From Octopus bimaculoides (lineage: Eukaryota), in assembly GCF_001194135.2 (NCBI RefSeq), contig NC_068982.1, positions 127,327,840-127,367,101 of the forward strand: a DNA stretch of 39,262 nt, given 5' to 3'. This document shows, piece after piece, positions 22,831 through 34,513 of this stretch. A program made the position numbers and the translations under genes. The notes beneath the pieces are model-generated. The model was given only the letters and a program-made list of their open reading frames with translations, made no database searches and was not told where the DNA came from. Each line of letters opens with the position of its first letter. The stretch's first letter is position 1.

Positions 22831-23112
22831 TACACATACATATACATGACCAGTAATGTGTAATAGAATCTGATAGTCTGCTTGTTTACATATATATGTG
22901 TGGTGTGTGTGTGTGTGTATTTCTACATTATTTTGTCATTATCATTATTACAAAAAACACAAAAAACCTTGTGAAATACAGCTACTCAGGGTTTCCTGGG
23001 CAAAATATTAATTTAATTCACAAGTTTTTGTGGTTTTTATTGTAGTGATATCTTTACTCTCTTAACTGGTTGAGTGCTATACTACTTTTCAAAACCTTAC
23101 CACGTGGTATAC

Positions 23113-23156
<44 letters not shown>

Positions 23157-24778
23157 CATCATCATCGTTTAATGTCCGATTTCCATGCTAGCATGGGTTG
23201 GACGGTTCAACCAGGGTCTGGGAAGCGAGGAGGCTGCACCAGGCCCCAGTCTGATCTGACAGTGTTTCTACAGCTGGATGCCCTTCCTAACGTCAACCAC
23301 TCTGTGAGTGTAGTGGGTGCTTTTTATATGCCACTGGCATAGGTATCACAACTACAATTTCCATTTGATTTTTATTTTGATGTTGATGTACTTGACTCAG
23401 TAGGTCTCCTCAAGCACAGCAGGTCGCCCTATGATCCAAGGTAAGCAGAGCAGGTCACCCGATGATCCAAGGTACTTTTGAATGGGCTGGGGCTGGTTAT
23501 GCAAAACTGGTGTAAGATACAGCCATGAACTCACTTTATTTGCCAGATCTTCACAGGCACAGCAGATCTCCAGAGGTCTCGGTCTTTCGTCATTGCCTCT
23601 GTGAGGCCCACCGTTCGAAGGTCATGCTCGACCACCTCATCCCATGTCTTCCAGGGTCTACCTCTACCCCGGATTCCTTCAACTGTTTGGGAGTGGCACT
23701 TCTTCACACATCTCTCCTCATCCATCCGTAGTATATGACCATACCAGCGCAAACGTCACTCTTGCATGCCACATCCGATGCTTCTTATGTCCAACATTTC
23801 TCTCAGGGCACTTACACTCTGTCGTGTGTGCACACTGACATTACACATCCAACGGATCATGCTAGCTTCATTTCTTTTGAGCCTATGCATGTCCTCCGCA
23901 GTCATGGCCCATGTTTCACTGCTGTGAAGCATGGCAGTTCACACACATGCATTGTACAATCTACCTTTCACTCTGAGTGAGAGGCCCTTTTTCTCCAGTA
24001 GGGGTAGAAGCTTTCTAAACTTTGCTCATGCTATTCTTATTCTAGTGGTAGTACTCTCTGAGCATCCAGCCCCACTACTAACTTGGTCCCCCAGGTAGCG
24101 GAAGCTATCAACTACTTCTAGTTTCTCACCATGACATGTGATGGAATCTGTTTTCTGAGCATCTGTGGTGTTTATTGCCCCCTGTGCATCTGCCGCACAT
24201 GAAANNNNNNNNNNTTCTGAGCATCTGTGGTGTTTATTGCCCCCTGTGCATCTGCCGCACATGAAAGCTATCTTCTTGGTTAATCTTCCTTTGATGTTGC
24301 TGCACCTCTTATGTGTCCAGAGCTTACACTGGGTAAATCTTATGGAGTTTCTACCTACACCTTGTCTACAGATCAAGCATGGCCACCTACCTGAGGGTGT
24401 GTGTGATGGGTTCACCTTCCTACTTACAAGAACTTTGGTCTTTCCTACATTGACTCTAAGGCCTTTTGATTCTAAACCTTGCTTCCACACCCGAAATTTT
24501 TTTTCTAGTTCCGGTAGTGATTCTGTGGATCATCAGCATAGAGGAGCTCCTAGGGGCAACCCGCGTTGAATTCCTCTGTTATTGCCTGGAGGAACTATGA
24601 TGAATAAAAGGGGACTGAGGGCTGAACCTTGGTGGACCCCTACTTCTACCCAGAATTCTTCACTATACTCATAGCTAACCCTAACCTTACTAACAGCCTC
24701 TCAGTATAGGGCCTGTACAGCCCTTATTAACCATTTGTCAATCTCCAGTTTCCGCATTGCCCACCAGATAAGGGATCA
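23157..24778 (-). mobile_element. 5'-truncated, decayed RTE-clade LINE (RT C-half, 3' UTR, (GAT)n tail)
   Basis: Minus strand gives IWWAMRKL, GVHQGSALSPLLF, LLYADD, KGLRVNVGKTKVL, EVVDSFRYLG and RWYGHILRMD..RGRGRPWKTW..DRDLWRSAV, with stops and frameshifts. The 3' UTR runs straight into the ggaagggcatccagctg...ttaaacgatgatga tail. Confidence 0.95.
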
Positions 24779-24827
24779 GGGGACCCTATATATATATGTA
24801 GGCAGTTGAAAAGGAACACATGAGTTG

Positions 24828-24912
24828 ATATATATAAGGAAAATAAGTCAAGGTAGAAAATGATAAAATTATTTTAGCATTTTCTACCTTGTCTTATTTT
24901 CCTTATATATAT
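24828..24912. repeat. Near-perfect palindrome in (TA)n
   Basis: 35-bp arms 24828-24862 and 24878-24912 with one mismatch, plus an inner taaaat/atttta pair. Confidence 0.9.
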
Positions 24913-25167
24913 ATATATAAGATATATATATTGGCATATATACATACATATATGTACAGATTGACATTTATATGTATATATACATATGCATATATGGGTA
25001 CAGGACATCACAAAATGTAAACAACATGAAATAAGAAATCATAATATCTGAAATATTAAATACATATATATGTGTGTGTATGTGTGTGTGTGTTTATGTG
25101 TGTGTGTGTATGTGTGTGTGTGTGTGTGTATACATATACACACTTATATATGTATAGATATATATGC

Positions 25168-25208
<41 letters not shown>

Positions 25209-25756
25209 NNNNNNNNNNNNNNNNNNNNNNNNNNNNNNNNNNNNNNNNNNNNNNNNNNNNNNNNNNNNNNNNNNNNNNNNNNNNNNNNNNNNNNNNNNNN
25301 NNNNNNNNNNNNNNNNNNNNNNNNNNNNNNNNNNNNNNNNNNNNNNNNNNNNNNNNNNNNNNNNNNNNNNNNNNNNNNNNNNNNNNNNNNNNNNNNNNNN
25401 NNNNNNNNNNNNNNNNNNNNNNNNNNNNNNNNNNNNNNNNNNNNNNNNNNNNNNNNNNNNNNNNNNNNNNNNNNNNNNNNNNNNNNNNNNNNNNNNNNNN
25501 NNNNNNNNNNNNNNNNNNNNNNNNNNNNNNNNNNNNNNNNNNNNNNNNNNNNNNNNNNNNNNNNNNNNNNNNNNNNNNNNNNNNNNNNNNNNNNNNNNNN
25601 NNNNNNNNNNNNNNNNNNNNNNNNNNNNNNNNNNNNNNNNNNNNNNNNNNNNNNNNNNNNNNNNNNNNNNNNNNNNNNNNNNNNNNNNNNNNNNNNNNNN
25701 NNNNNNNNNNNNNNNNNNNNNNNNNNNNNNNNNNNNNATATATATATATATATATA

Positions 25757-25804
<48 letters not shown>

Positions 25805-26401
25805 GTATTTATACATATATATACACACAAACACAGACACATATATACATACACTTACACATATATATGAATATACAGACACACACACACACTCACACAC
25901 TCACATACACATACACGTCTTTCATCATTTGCCTCAGTTAGCAATATCTGATCATATATTTATAACTCCATGCCATAAATCAAACACAATCTAATATAAT
26001 ACACCTCATTAATTCTACTGATTCAAATAACATTAAAAGTAACGAAGTATTGGTTTAGTGTGGTTGGCAAATGATTTTTAATGTCAATGATGAAGTGTAG
26101 CTTATAATCTCTAAGTTAAGCTGTATATCACGGTTTATTATATACCATATAACATAGTTTTGGACTGAGGGCTCAGCATCTTTCATGAAGGATGTACTGA
26201 TACAAGGCAATGTGTTCATTACATTGCTGTCATAATACAAATTAGCAATGTTATTCCATTACTACATATAAAAATTATTTCCTTGTGCTACTATACATTT
26301 CACCTCCTGTAGTTTTCCACGTGCATTTTGTTATTGTCCAAGTGTGAGTGTGTGTGTGTGGGGGCAGTGTGTGTAATGTATTTGTGTGTGTTTGTATTTG
26401 T

Positions 26402-26995
26402 ATCATCATCTTCATCGTTTAATGTCCACTTTCCATGCTAGCATGGGTTGGACGATTTGACTGAGGACTGGTGAAACCAGATGGCTACACCAGGCTCCAA
26501 TCTGATTTGGCAGAGTTTCTACAGCTGGATGCCCTTCCTAACGCCAACCACTCCGAGAGTGTAGTGGGTGCTTTTACGTGCCAACCGCACGAAGGCCAGT
26601 CAGGAGGTACTGGCAACGGCCACGCTCGAAATGGTGTATTTTATGTGCCACCCGCACAAGAGCCAGTCCAGGGACACTGGCAACGATCTCGCTCGAAAGT
26701 TCTTACACATGCCACGGGCACAAGTGCCAGAAAGGCGATGCTGGGCACAGGTGCCATCACAATTTCGCTTTCGCTTGCCCCAATAAGTCTTCGCAAGCTG
26801 AGTTTCGTGTCCAATGAAGGAGATGATGTTGGCATGGGTGCCAGTCGTCGAATTTAACTCGATTTCGATTTCACTTGCCTCAATAGGTCTTCGCAAGTGG
26901 AGTTTAGTGTCCAATGAAGGAAGGTACGCATAAGTGGACTGGCTGAGGCCTTAGACTTAGGTCTCACTTGGCTTGCCGGATCTTCTCACATATAT
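26402..26995 (-). mobile_element. RTE 3' end, well-preserved copy
   Basis: Starts near the ORF end (EKIRQAK*), full UTR with subrepeats, (GAT)n tail at 26402-26417. Confidence 0.88.
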
Positions 26996-27039
26996 ATATA
27001 ATACAAATAATATGTGAGTATATGCATATATACGTACAT

Positions 27040-27305
27040 GTATGTACATACCTACATCTACATGTATATATAGATGCATATCTGGGTACAGGACGTCACA
27101 AAGTAACGTGGACAAAATGAAAAACGAGAACATAAACAGAGCACGGAAAACAAACTTTTTTTCCGACAATGGTAGGAACACTCAGGAAAACAGACAGGCC
27201 ACACATAGAGAACATTTCCTTCATCAGCTGCCCCTATTCTAAACAAAGCGTTTCGAAGAGTTAGGGCAGGACGCATTGTTAGAATAGCTCTTCCTGCAAA
27301 GCAAA
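27040..27305 (-). mobile_element. Second copy of the Penelope-like terminal repeat
   Basis: Homologous to 2820-3060; minus-strand GAAACGC (27248-27254) and CTGATGA (27221-27227); (TA)n on both sides. Confidence 0.45.
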
Positions 27306-27366
27306 TTAAATAGAATTTTTGATGTGGAGGAATTAAGTGGCAAACAAAAAACACGACAGAGAAAAC

Positions 27367-27430
<64 letters not shown>

Positions 27431-27656
27431 AAAGGATGTGTTATAGCACTATTTCAGATATACAAAAACAGCCATACCAACAATCCAACATACCTCCATC
27501 ATCAGCTGCCTCATAGATATCATTATGGTTTCAACACCTGGGCAGTACCATTCAATCTGGCAGTGTCAACACCACTTAAAGAAGTGCTGTTTGGGAACAA
27601 ACAGACCAAAAAACAAAATACACAACTTTCAAACACATTTACCTTATGTACAACAG

Positions 27657-27957
27657 CAGTGGTGGACTGGGTCTGAAAATATTGGCTGCCAGGAGACTAA
27701 GAGGGCCCAACTACTATGCTATCATTTATTTATATATTTTGTTTTTTTGTTGTTAAAAGTATTCTTTCTCCACTATCTACGAACACAGTCAGGCTGAAAT
27801 AATTAATGCATTCTTCCAGGAGTGAATAAAAAATTAATTCGCAAACTTGAGTGGATGGGCCCCTTAGATACTAACATGGATCCCCATATATGGATTCTAA
27901 TGGCACAGGGGCTCACTTGCCATCGTGCAAGCTGGCAACCTGGCCAGTCTGCCTCTG
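27657..27957. mobile_element. hAT-type MITE
   Basis: Ends CAGTGGTGGACTGG and CCAGTCTGCCTCTG (imperfect TIR); 8-bp flanks TACAACAG (27649-27656) and TACAATAG (27958-27965); no ORF. Confidence 0.75.
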
Positions 27958-28169
27958 TACAATAGTATTCAATCAAATATAGGCAGGATTAAACACTAAC
28001 TTTAAAATTAAACTACAACAAGGAACACATAAATCTATGTACATCTGTATTGGCATTCATAGCAAATCTACAATAACTAAATTATATACTAAAGAGCGAC
28101 CAATCTTTAAGTCCATTCAAATAATAATTCCACCAGTCTTCCATAGTTACTACTATAACATATATATAC

Positions 28170-28500
28170 TTTCTCTTTTACTCTTTTATTTGTTTCAGTC
28201 ATTTGACTGGAGCCATGCTGGAGTACCACCTTTAGTCGAGCAAATCAACCCCAAGACTTATTTTTTGTAAGCCTAGTACTTATTCCATCGGGATCTTTTG
28301 CTGAACCACTAGGGTACGGGGATGTAAACACACCAGCATCAGTTGTCAAGCGATGGTGGAGGGACAAACACAGACACACAGACACACACATNNNNNNNNN
28401 NATATATATATACATATATATATACAACGGGTTTCTTTCAGTTTCTGTCTACCAAATCTACTCACAAGGCTTTGACTGAACTGAGGCTGCAGTAGAAGAA
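28170..28500 (-). mobile_element. SINE family A, 5'-truncated
   Basis: ctcttttactcttttatttgtttcagtcatttgac tail, body and part of the head, in reverse complement. Confidence 0.85.
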
Positions 28501-28687
28501 CCCCCAACTACAAAATACAATGATTAGGTATGGAAATGATTCCAACAAGGCCAATGTTTCATCTGTAAAAAACACAATGCAAAACATCCACTTTTAAGTT
28601 GGCAATTAGTAGAAATTTACAATAGTTTAAAGTGGCTGAAGACTTTTGCACGGTACTGTATTTTATGCTTACTAGCCACTTGTATTA

Positions 28688-29100
28688 TCTATATATATAA
28701 AAATGAAAATGTGTGTCTGTCTGTCTGTCTGTGTGTCTGTGTGTCTGTCTGTGTGTCTGTGTGTCTGTCTGTGTGTCTGTGTGTCTGTCTGTGTGTCTGT
28801 GTGTCTGTCTGTGTGTCTGTGTGTCTGTCTGTGTGTCTGTGTGTCTNNNNNNNNNNNNNNNNNNNNNNNNNNNNNNNNNNNNNNNNNNNNNNNNNNNNNN
28901 NNNNNNNNNNNNNNNNNNNNNNNNNNNNNNNNNNNNNNNNNNNNNNNNNNNNNNNNNNNNNNNNNNNNNNNNNNNNNNNNNNNNNNTGTGTGTCTGTCTG
29001 TCTCTGTGTTTCCCTAAAACTCGAGAACTACACAACCAATTTCATTCAAATTTTACACATGCCTTACTTAGGGTTCCGGTTGAGTTTTAGTCAAAAAAAA
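28688..29100 (+). mobile_element. Helitron-like non-autonomous 5' end with (GTGT/GTCT)n expansion
   Basis: A^TCTATATATATAAAA start, a 20-bp-period gtgtgtctgtgtgtctgtct array, then gagaactacacaaccaatttcattcaaatttt; cut off by an RTE fragment. Confidence 0.45.
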
Positions 29101-29104
29101 TTTT

Positions 29105-29549
29105 TAACTTCGACGTCGTCTCCTTCATTGGACACGAAACTCAGTTTGCAAAGACTTATTGGGGCAAGCGAAAGCGAAATCGTGATGGCTCCTGTGCCCA
29201 GTGTTGCCTTTCTGGCACTTGTGCCTGCGGCATGTGTAAGGACTTTCGAGAGAGATCGTTGCCAGTGCCCCTGGACTGGCTCTTGTGCGGGTGGCACATA
29301 AAATACACCATTTTGAGCATGGCCGTTGCTAGTACTGCCTGACAGGCCTTCGTGCCAGTGGCACGTAAAAGCACCCACTACACTCTCTGAGTGGTTGGCG
29401 TTAGGAAGGGCATCCAGCTGTAGAAACTCTGCCAAATCAGATTGGAGCCTGGTGTAGCCATCTGGTTTCACCAGTCCTCAGTCAAATCGTTCAACCTATG
29501 CTAGCATGGAAAGCAGGCGTATACGACGATGATGACGATGATGATGATG

Positions 29550-29550
<1 letters not shown>
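29105..29550 (+). mobile_element. RTE 3' UTR copy, inverted relative to 26402-26845
   Basis: Colinear and highly similar to the reverse complement of 26402-26845; (GAT)n tail. Confidence 0.88.
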
Positions 29551-29642
<92 letters not shown>

Positions 29643-30324
29643 GATAGATAGATAGATATATAGTAAATCCAAAAAGATGAAGTACAAACACAAAAAAACA
29701 ACATGTAAAGTTAAGTATGTAAAGTATTAGCAGACACTCAGTATTAGCAGACACTCAGGGAAGGAAAAAAAGATGGTTTAGCATTTCAAGCAAAGCTAAA
29801 TACCAACCTTAAAAAAAAATAAATAGTATTGGGGTCGATTCATTTGACTAAAAATTCTTCAAGGTGGTGCCCCAGCATGGCCATTGTCAAATGGTGAAAA
29901 CATATTAATGATTATTAAAACCAATAGATAATCCATAAATTTTCAATATATAATAAATAATCCTCATACACAGCAACAGTCTTTTAATACCCATTTTTTT
30001 CCCTAATCCTCAATCATCTTATCATCATTCCTCCATACCTTCCTTAAATCTGATCTAACCATTCCTTCGCATATTTTTCCTAGTCTCTCTCTTCTCTAAA
30101 TACTTTCCTTTGTTGACATATGATTCTTTCTTACCCTGCCACCACCACCACTGCCACCACCACCACCAACAACAACAACAACAGCAGCAGCAGCAACAAC
30201 AATAACACCAGATGCTGTCCATTTATATCACATCTGCAGCTATCTTATTTAAAGCTACTGGTGTTACTATCTTATTTACATGCTTACACTCACACACACC
30301 TACACACATGCATGTGTGTATGTG

Positions 30325-30363
<39 letters not shown>

Positions 30364-30644
30364 AGTTTTTGTTCCAGCTGTGTGCCACTGCATGCAGGCA
30401 TCTTCCACTGTTGTCTCAGGCTGCCTAATTCCTTGTGAATGAAACTGGGAGATGGAAACAATAGGAAGCCCATTATAGTATGTACACACACACACACACA
30501 CATACGCATGCAAACATATATACCGATATACATACATGCATATCGGTATATCGGTATATATAAGTCTGTAAATGGTGGGGTTGTGTTAACCGCATGTGGA
30601 GAAATAATAGGACATTTTCCTATATATATATATATGTATGTGTG

Positions 30645-30701
<57 letters not shown>

Positions 30702-32124
30702 NNNNNNNNNNNNNNNNNNNNNNNNNNNNNNNNNNNNNNNNNNNNNNNNNNNNNNNNNNNNNNNNNNNNNNNNNNNNNNNNNNNNNNNNNNNNNNNNNNN
30801 NNNNNNNNNNNNNNNNNNNNNNNNNNNNNNNNNNNNNNNNNNNNNNNNNNNNNNNNNNNNNNNNNNNNNNNNNNNNNNNNNNNNNNNNNNNNNNNNNNNN
30901 NNNNNNNNNNNNNNNNNNNNNNNNNNNNNNNNNNNNNNNNNNNNNNNNNNNNNNNNNNNNNNNNNNNNNNNNNNNNNNNNNNNNNNNNNNNNNNNNNNNN
31001 NNNNNNNNNNNNNNNNNNNNNNNNNNNNNNNNNNNNNNNNNNNNNNNNNNNNNNNNNNNNNNNNNNNNNNNNNNNNNNNNNNNNNNNNNNNNNNNNNNNN
31101 NNNNNNNNNNNNNNNNNNNNNNNNNNNNNNNNNNNNNNNNNNNNNNNNNNNNNNNNNNNNNNNNNNNNNNNNNNNNNNNNNNNNNNNNNNNNNNNNNNNN
31201 NNNNNNNNNNNNNNNNNNNNNNNNNNNNNNNNNNNNNNNNNNNNNNNNNNNNNNNNNNNNATTTTACACTTTAGTTCATAGATTTAATAAGTTCTTTATT
31301 AACTTAGGTGGGGAGATCTTTTTTAAAAAAAAATTCCTTGTTAACTTTTCTGGAGAACTTTCTCGAATTTGTTGTCAAACAGATCTGAAGATCTGGGGTT
31401 TTGTGATACTATATATGGGATTTGGGTGTGTTTGTGGGTGGGCTGGGGTTTGTTAATCAGTGTGGGAGTGAAAGAATGTTGATGAATAATAGCTGAAAGA
31501 AAGTAGTGAATGGTCAACACAAGATACTTAATTGCCGATTTTTGCCAAACTTTTTGAAATTCGTGTTCCCTGTAGCCGAAAAGCGGTGTTTGTGTCGAAA
31601 AAAATTTTAAAGAAAGGGTTGTTTTCAGTGGGGTGGGGATGGGCAGAAGTCTTGCTCAATTCTCTTCACCAGGGCATGCAGGACTGTGGAGTACGGGTCT
31701 TCTTGAGTACAGCAAGGCACCAGGCATCTATACTTTTTCTCATCTCATCTGAAAGGTTCAGCTTTCAACATCTTTTTCGCAGCTCCAGCCAACCACTTAT
31801 GGTTGCATAAACTTACTGCTTCTTTACCTCCTCTAACCAAAAGGCTTCTCAACTTTATCATCCTTCTACTAAAATTGTAGCTATGTTTCTGTGTGTGTGT
31901 GTGTGTGCATGTGCATGTATGTGTGTGAGGGCATGTCTGTACATATGTGTGTGCATGCATGTGCATGTGTGTGTGTATTTGTGATGTGAGTGCATGTGTG
32001 TGCATGCATGCATGTGTGAGTGCATTTGTATATGTGCATGTGTGTGTGTGCGTGTGTGTGTGTGTATGTGTGTGCATGCGTGTGTCTCAAAGAGAGATGA
32101 TTGCATCTCTGTGAGAATGTCATC

Positions 32125-32277
32125 ATGATCATCATCATCGTTTAACGTCCATTTTCCATGCAGGCTTGACTTGGACGGTTTGACTGGGGGACTGGTAAAC
32201 CAGTAAGCTGCACCAGACTCCAATCTGATCTGTCAAGGTTTCTACAGCTGGATCCCTTCCAAATGCCAACCACTCCG
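32125..32277 (-). mobile_element. RTE 3' tail fragment
   Basis: 32132-32277 is identical to 33193-33338; runs into a gap. Confidence 0.8.
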
Positions 32278-33152
32278 NNNNNNNNNNNNNNNNNNNNNNN
32301 NNNNNNNNNNNNNNNNNNNNNNNNNNNNNNNNNNNNNNNNNNNNNNNNNNNNNNNNNNNNNNNNNNNNNNNNNNNNNNNNNNNNNNNNNNNNNNNNNNNN
32401 NNNNNNNNNNNNNNNNNNNNNNNNNNNNNNNNNNNNNNNNNNNNNNNNNNNNNNNNNNNNNNNNNNNNNNNNNNNNNNNNNNNNNNNNNNNNNNNNNNNN
32501 NNNNNNNNNNNNNNNNNNNNNNNNNNNNNNNNNNNNNNNNNNNNNNNNNNNNNNNNNNNNNNNNNNNNNNNNNNNNNNNNNNNNNNNNNNNNNNNNNNNN
32601 NNNNNNNNNNNNNNNNNNNNNNNNNNNNNNNNNNNNNNNNNNNNNNNNNNNNNNNNNNNNNNNNNNNNNNNNNNNNNNNNNNNNNNNNNNNNNNNNNNNN
32701 NNNNNNNNNNNNNNNNNNNNNNNNNNNNNNNNNNNNNNNNNNNNNNNNNNNNNNNNNNNNNNNNNNNNNNNNNNNNNNNNNNNNNNNNNNNNNNNNNNNN
32801 NNNNNNNNNNNNNNNNNNNNNNNNNNNNNNNNNNNNNNNNNNNNNNNNNNNNNNTCTTCAAAATATTTTTCGAGATCCTAAAAAGATTATAGTACTTGTG
32901 TATGAAGACAACTAGCACAAGATTCTGTTCGATTGTAAAAATATCGGCAATCTGTACTGAAGAAAAATAGACACTTTTATTTTGAAAGTGTTGATTTTGA
33001 AACTATAGTCTGCAGATAATCGAGGTATGTACAATTTTCACTGGTCTAGCCCGCCTGTTTTTGCTCCGCTGAATCCGTATTTGAGAATTTTTTAAGTGAG
33101 CTTCTTCTAGCATTTTGACAGACCGGTCACTGGTCAATCTTATATACACAAG

Positions 33153-33180
<28 letters not shown>

Positions 33181-33183
<3 letters not shown>

Positions 33184-33445
33184 TCATCATGTTCATCATC
33201 GTTTAACGTCCATTTTCCATGCAGGCTTGACTTGGACGGTTTGACTGGGGGACTGGTAAACCAGTAAGCTGCACCAGACTCCAATCTGATCTGTCAAGGT
33301 TTCTACAGCTGGATCCCTTCCAAATGCCAACCACTCCGAGAGTGTAGTTGGTGCTTTTTATGTGCCACTGGCCAGTCAGGCAGCACTGGCATTGACTACA
33401 TTCGGATGGTGCTTTTTACATGCTACTGGTACAGGAGCCATTTGG
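33181..33445 (-). mobile_element. RTE 3' UTR fragment
   Basis: (CAT)n tail, cagctggatcccttccaaatgccaaccactccg and UTR subrepeats. Confidence 0.82.
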
Positions 33446-33480
33446 GGGAGACGTGCATATGTATATATTTCATATATATA

Positions 33481-34348
33481 CAGGGTGCGATGGGTGAATT
33501 GTTGCCATTTTATATTTTTAATTTCACGCATGCACATTGTTTGTTTTTGATTTTGTCAACTACACAGCATAGTAAGGTCAGTTGGGCACCGTCTGTGAGA
33601 AAAACACCTCCATTTTCACTCAGCCAGAAATTTAGAAACGACATGATGTACTGCTTGGCATTAATGCCAAAAGCTCCAGTATGAAGCACCAGAAGCTCCA
33701 ATATGAACATGTACCAATACAAACATGTACCAGGAGTGATAAAATCCAAACATCCAGTCAACATCATGGTGCTTGGAGTGATCACTAGCAACGGCAATGT
33801 TATACTTCCATTCATCTTCCCTCATGGCATCAGACTCAACACAGAGGCCTACATCAAGTGCCTGGAGAAAGTAATGCTGAGTCAAGAGGGTGACAGCTGG
33901 AAGACCCTATGTTGGGCAACAGGACTCTGCACCATGCCACACAAGCAGGAGAACCCAGTCATGGCTGTCAGACAATTTCTGCAACCACATCACCCGTAAC
34001 GTTTGGCCACCCAACTGCCCAGACTGCAACCCCCTTGAATATTATGTGTGGGGAACAATTGAGTGAGAGACCAACAAAACTCCTTGTAACACCAAAGGTG
34101 AACTAAAGGCAAGGATTATGACAACATTCACCAACTTAAACAAGGACACTGTCCAGAAGAGTTGCAGGAGATTCTGAAGTCATCTGGAGGCCATGGTTGA
34201 AGCCAATAGCGATTTTGTTGAATAATTTTAATCTTTAGTATTTCAAGATATTTTTATGTAATTTTGGTAAATATATCTGTTAAATTGAGATGTCAGTGTT
34301 ATTTTCATTTTTGCATAATTTAGATGACAATTTATTCATTGCAACCTG
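33481..34348 (+). mobile_element. Internally deleted maT-like (DD37D/E) Tc1/mariner element
   Basis: TA-CAGGGTGCGATGGGTGAATTGT ... ACAATTTATTCATTGCAACCTG-TA imperfect TIRs with TA TSD. Remnant SKHPVNIMVLGVITSNG then, after a frameshift, QQDSAPCH-...-WPPNCPDCNPLEYYVW; 37 residues lie between D and E. No DNA-binding N-terminus. Confidence 0.9.
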
Positions 34349-34369
34349 TATATGTATATATATATAAGT

Positions 34370-34513
<144 letters not shown>

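Noticed and set aside
24153-24266. 52-bp direct repeat inside the RTE ORF
   Set aside because: Identical copies flank a 10-N gap; removing one restores a continuous reading. Assembly artefact.
25070-25941. Long ORFs rich in YI, HT, CV or X (also 1195-1732, 3800-4220, 12891-13563, 30439-31456, 32142-32918 and others)
   Set aside because: They are translations of dinucleotide microsatellites and N gaps.
28705-29005. Regular short repeats as a CRISPR-like or coding array
   Set aside because: No unique spacers; it is a eukaryotic GTGT/GTCT minisatellite.
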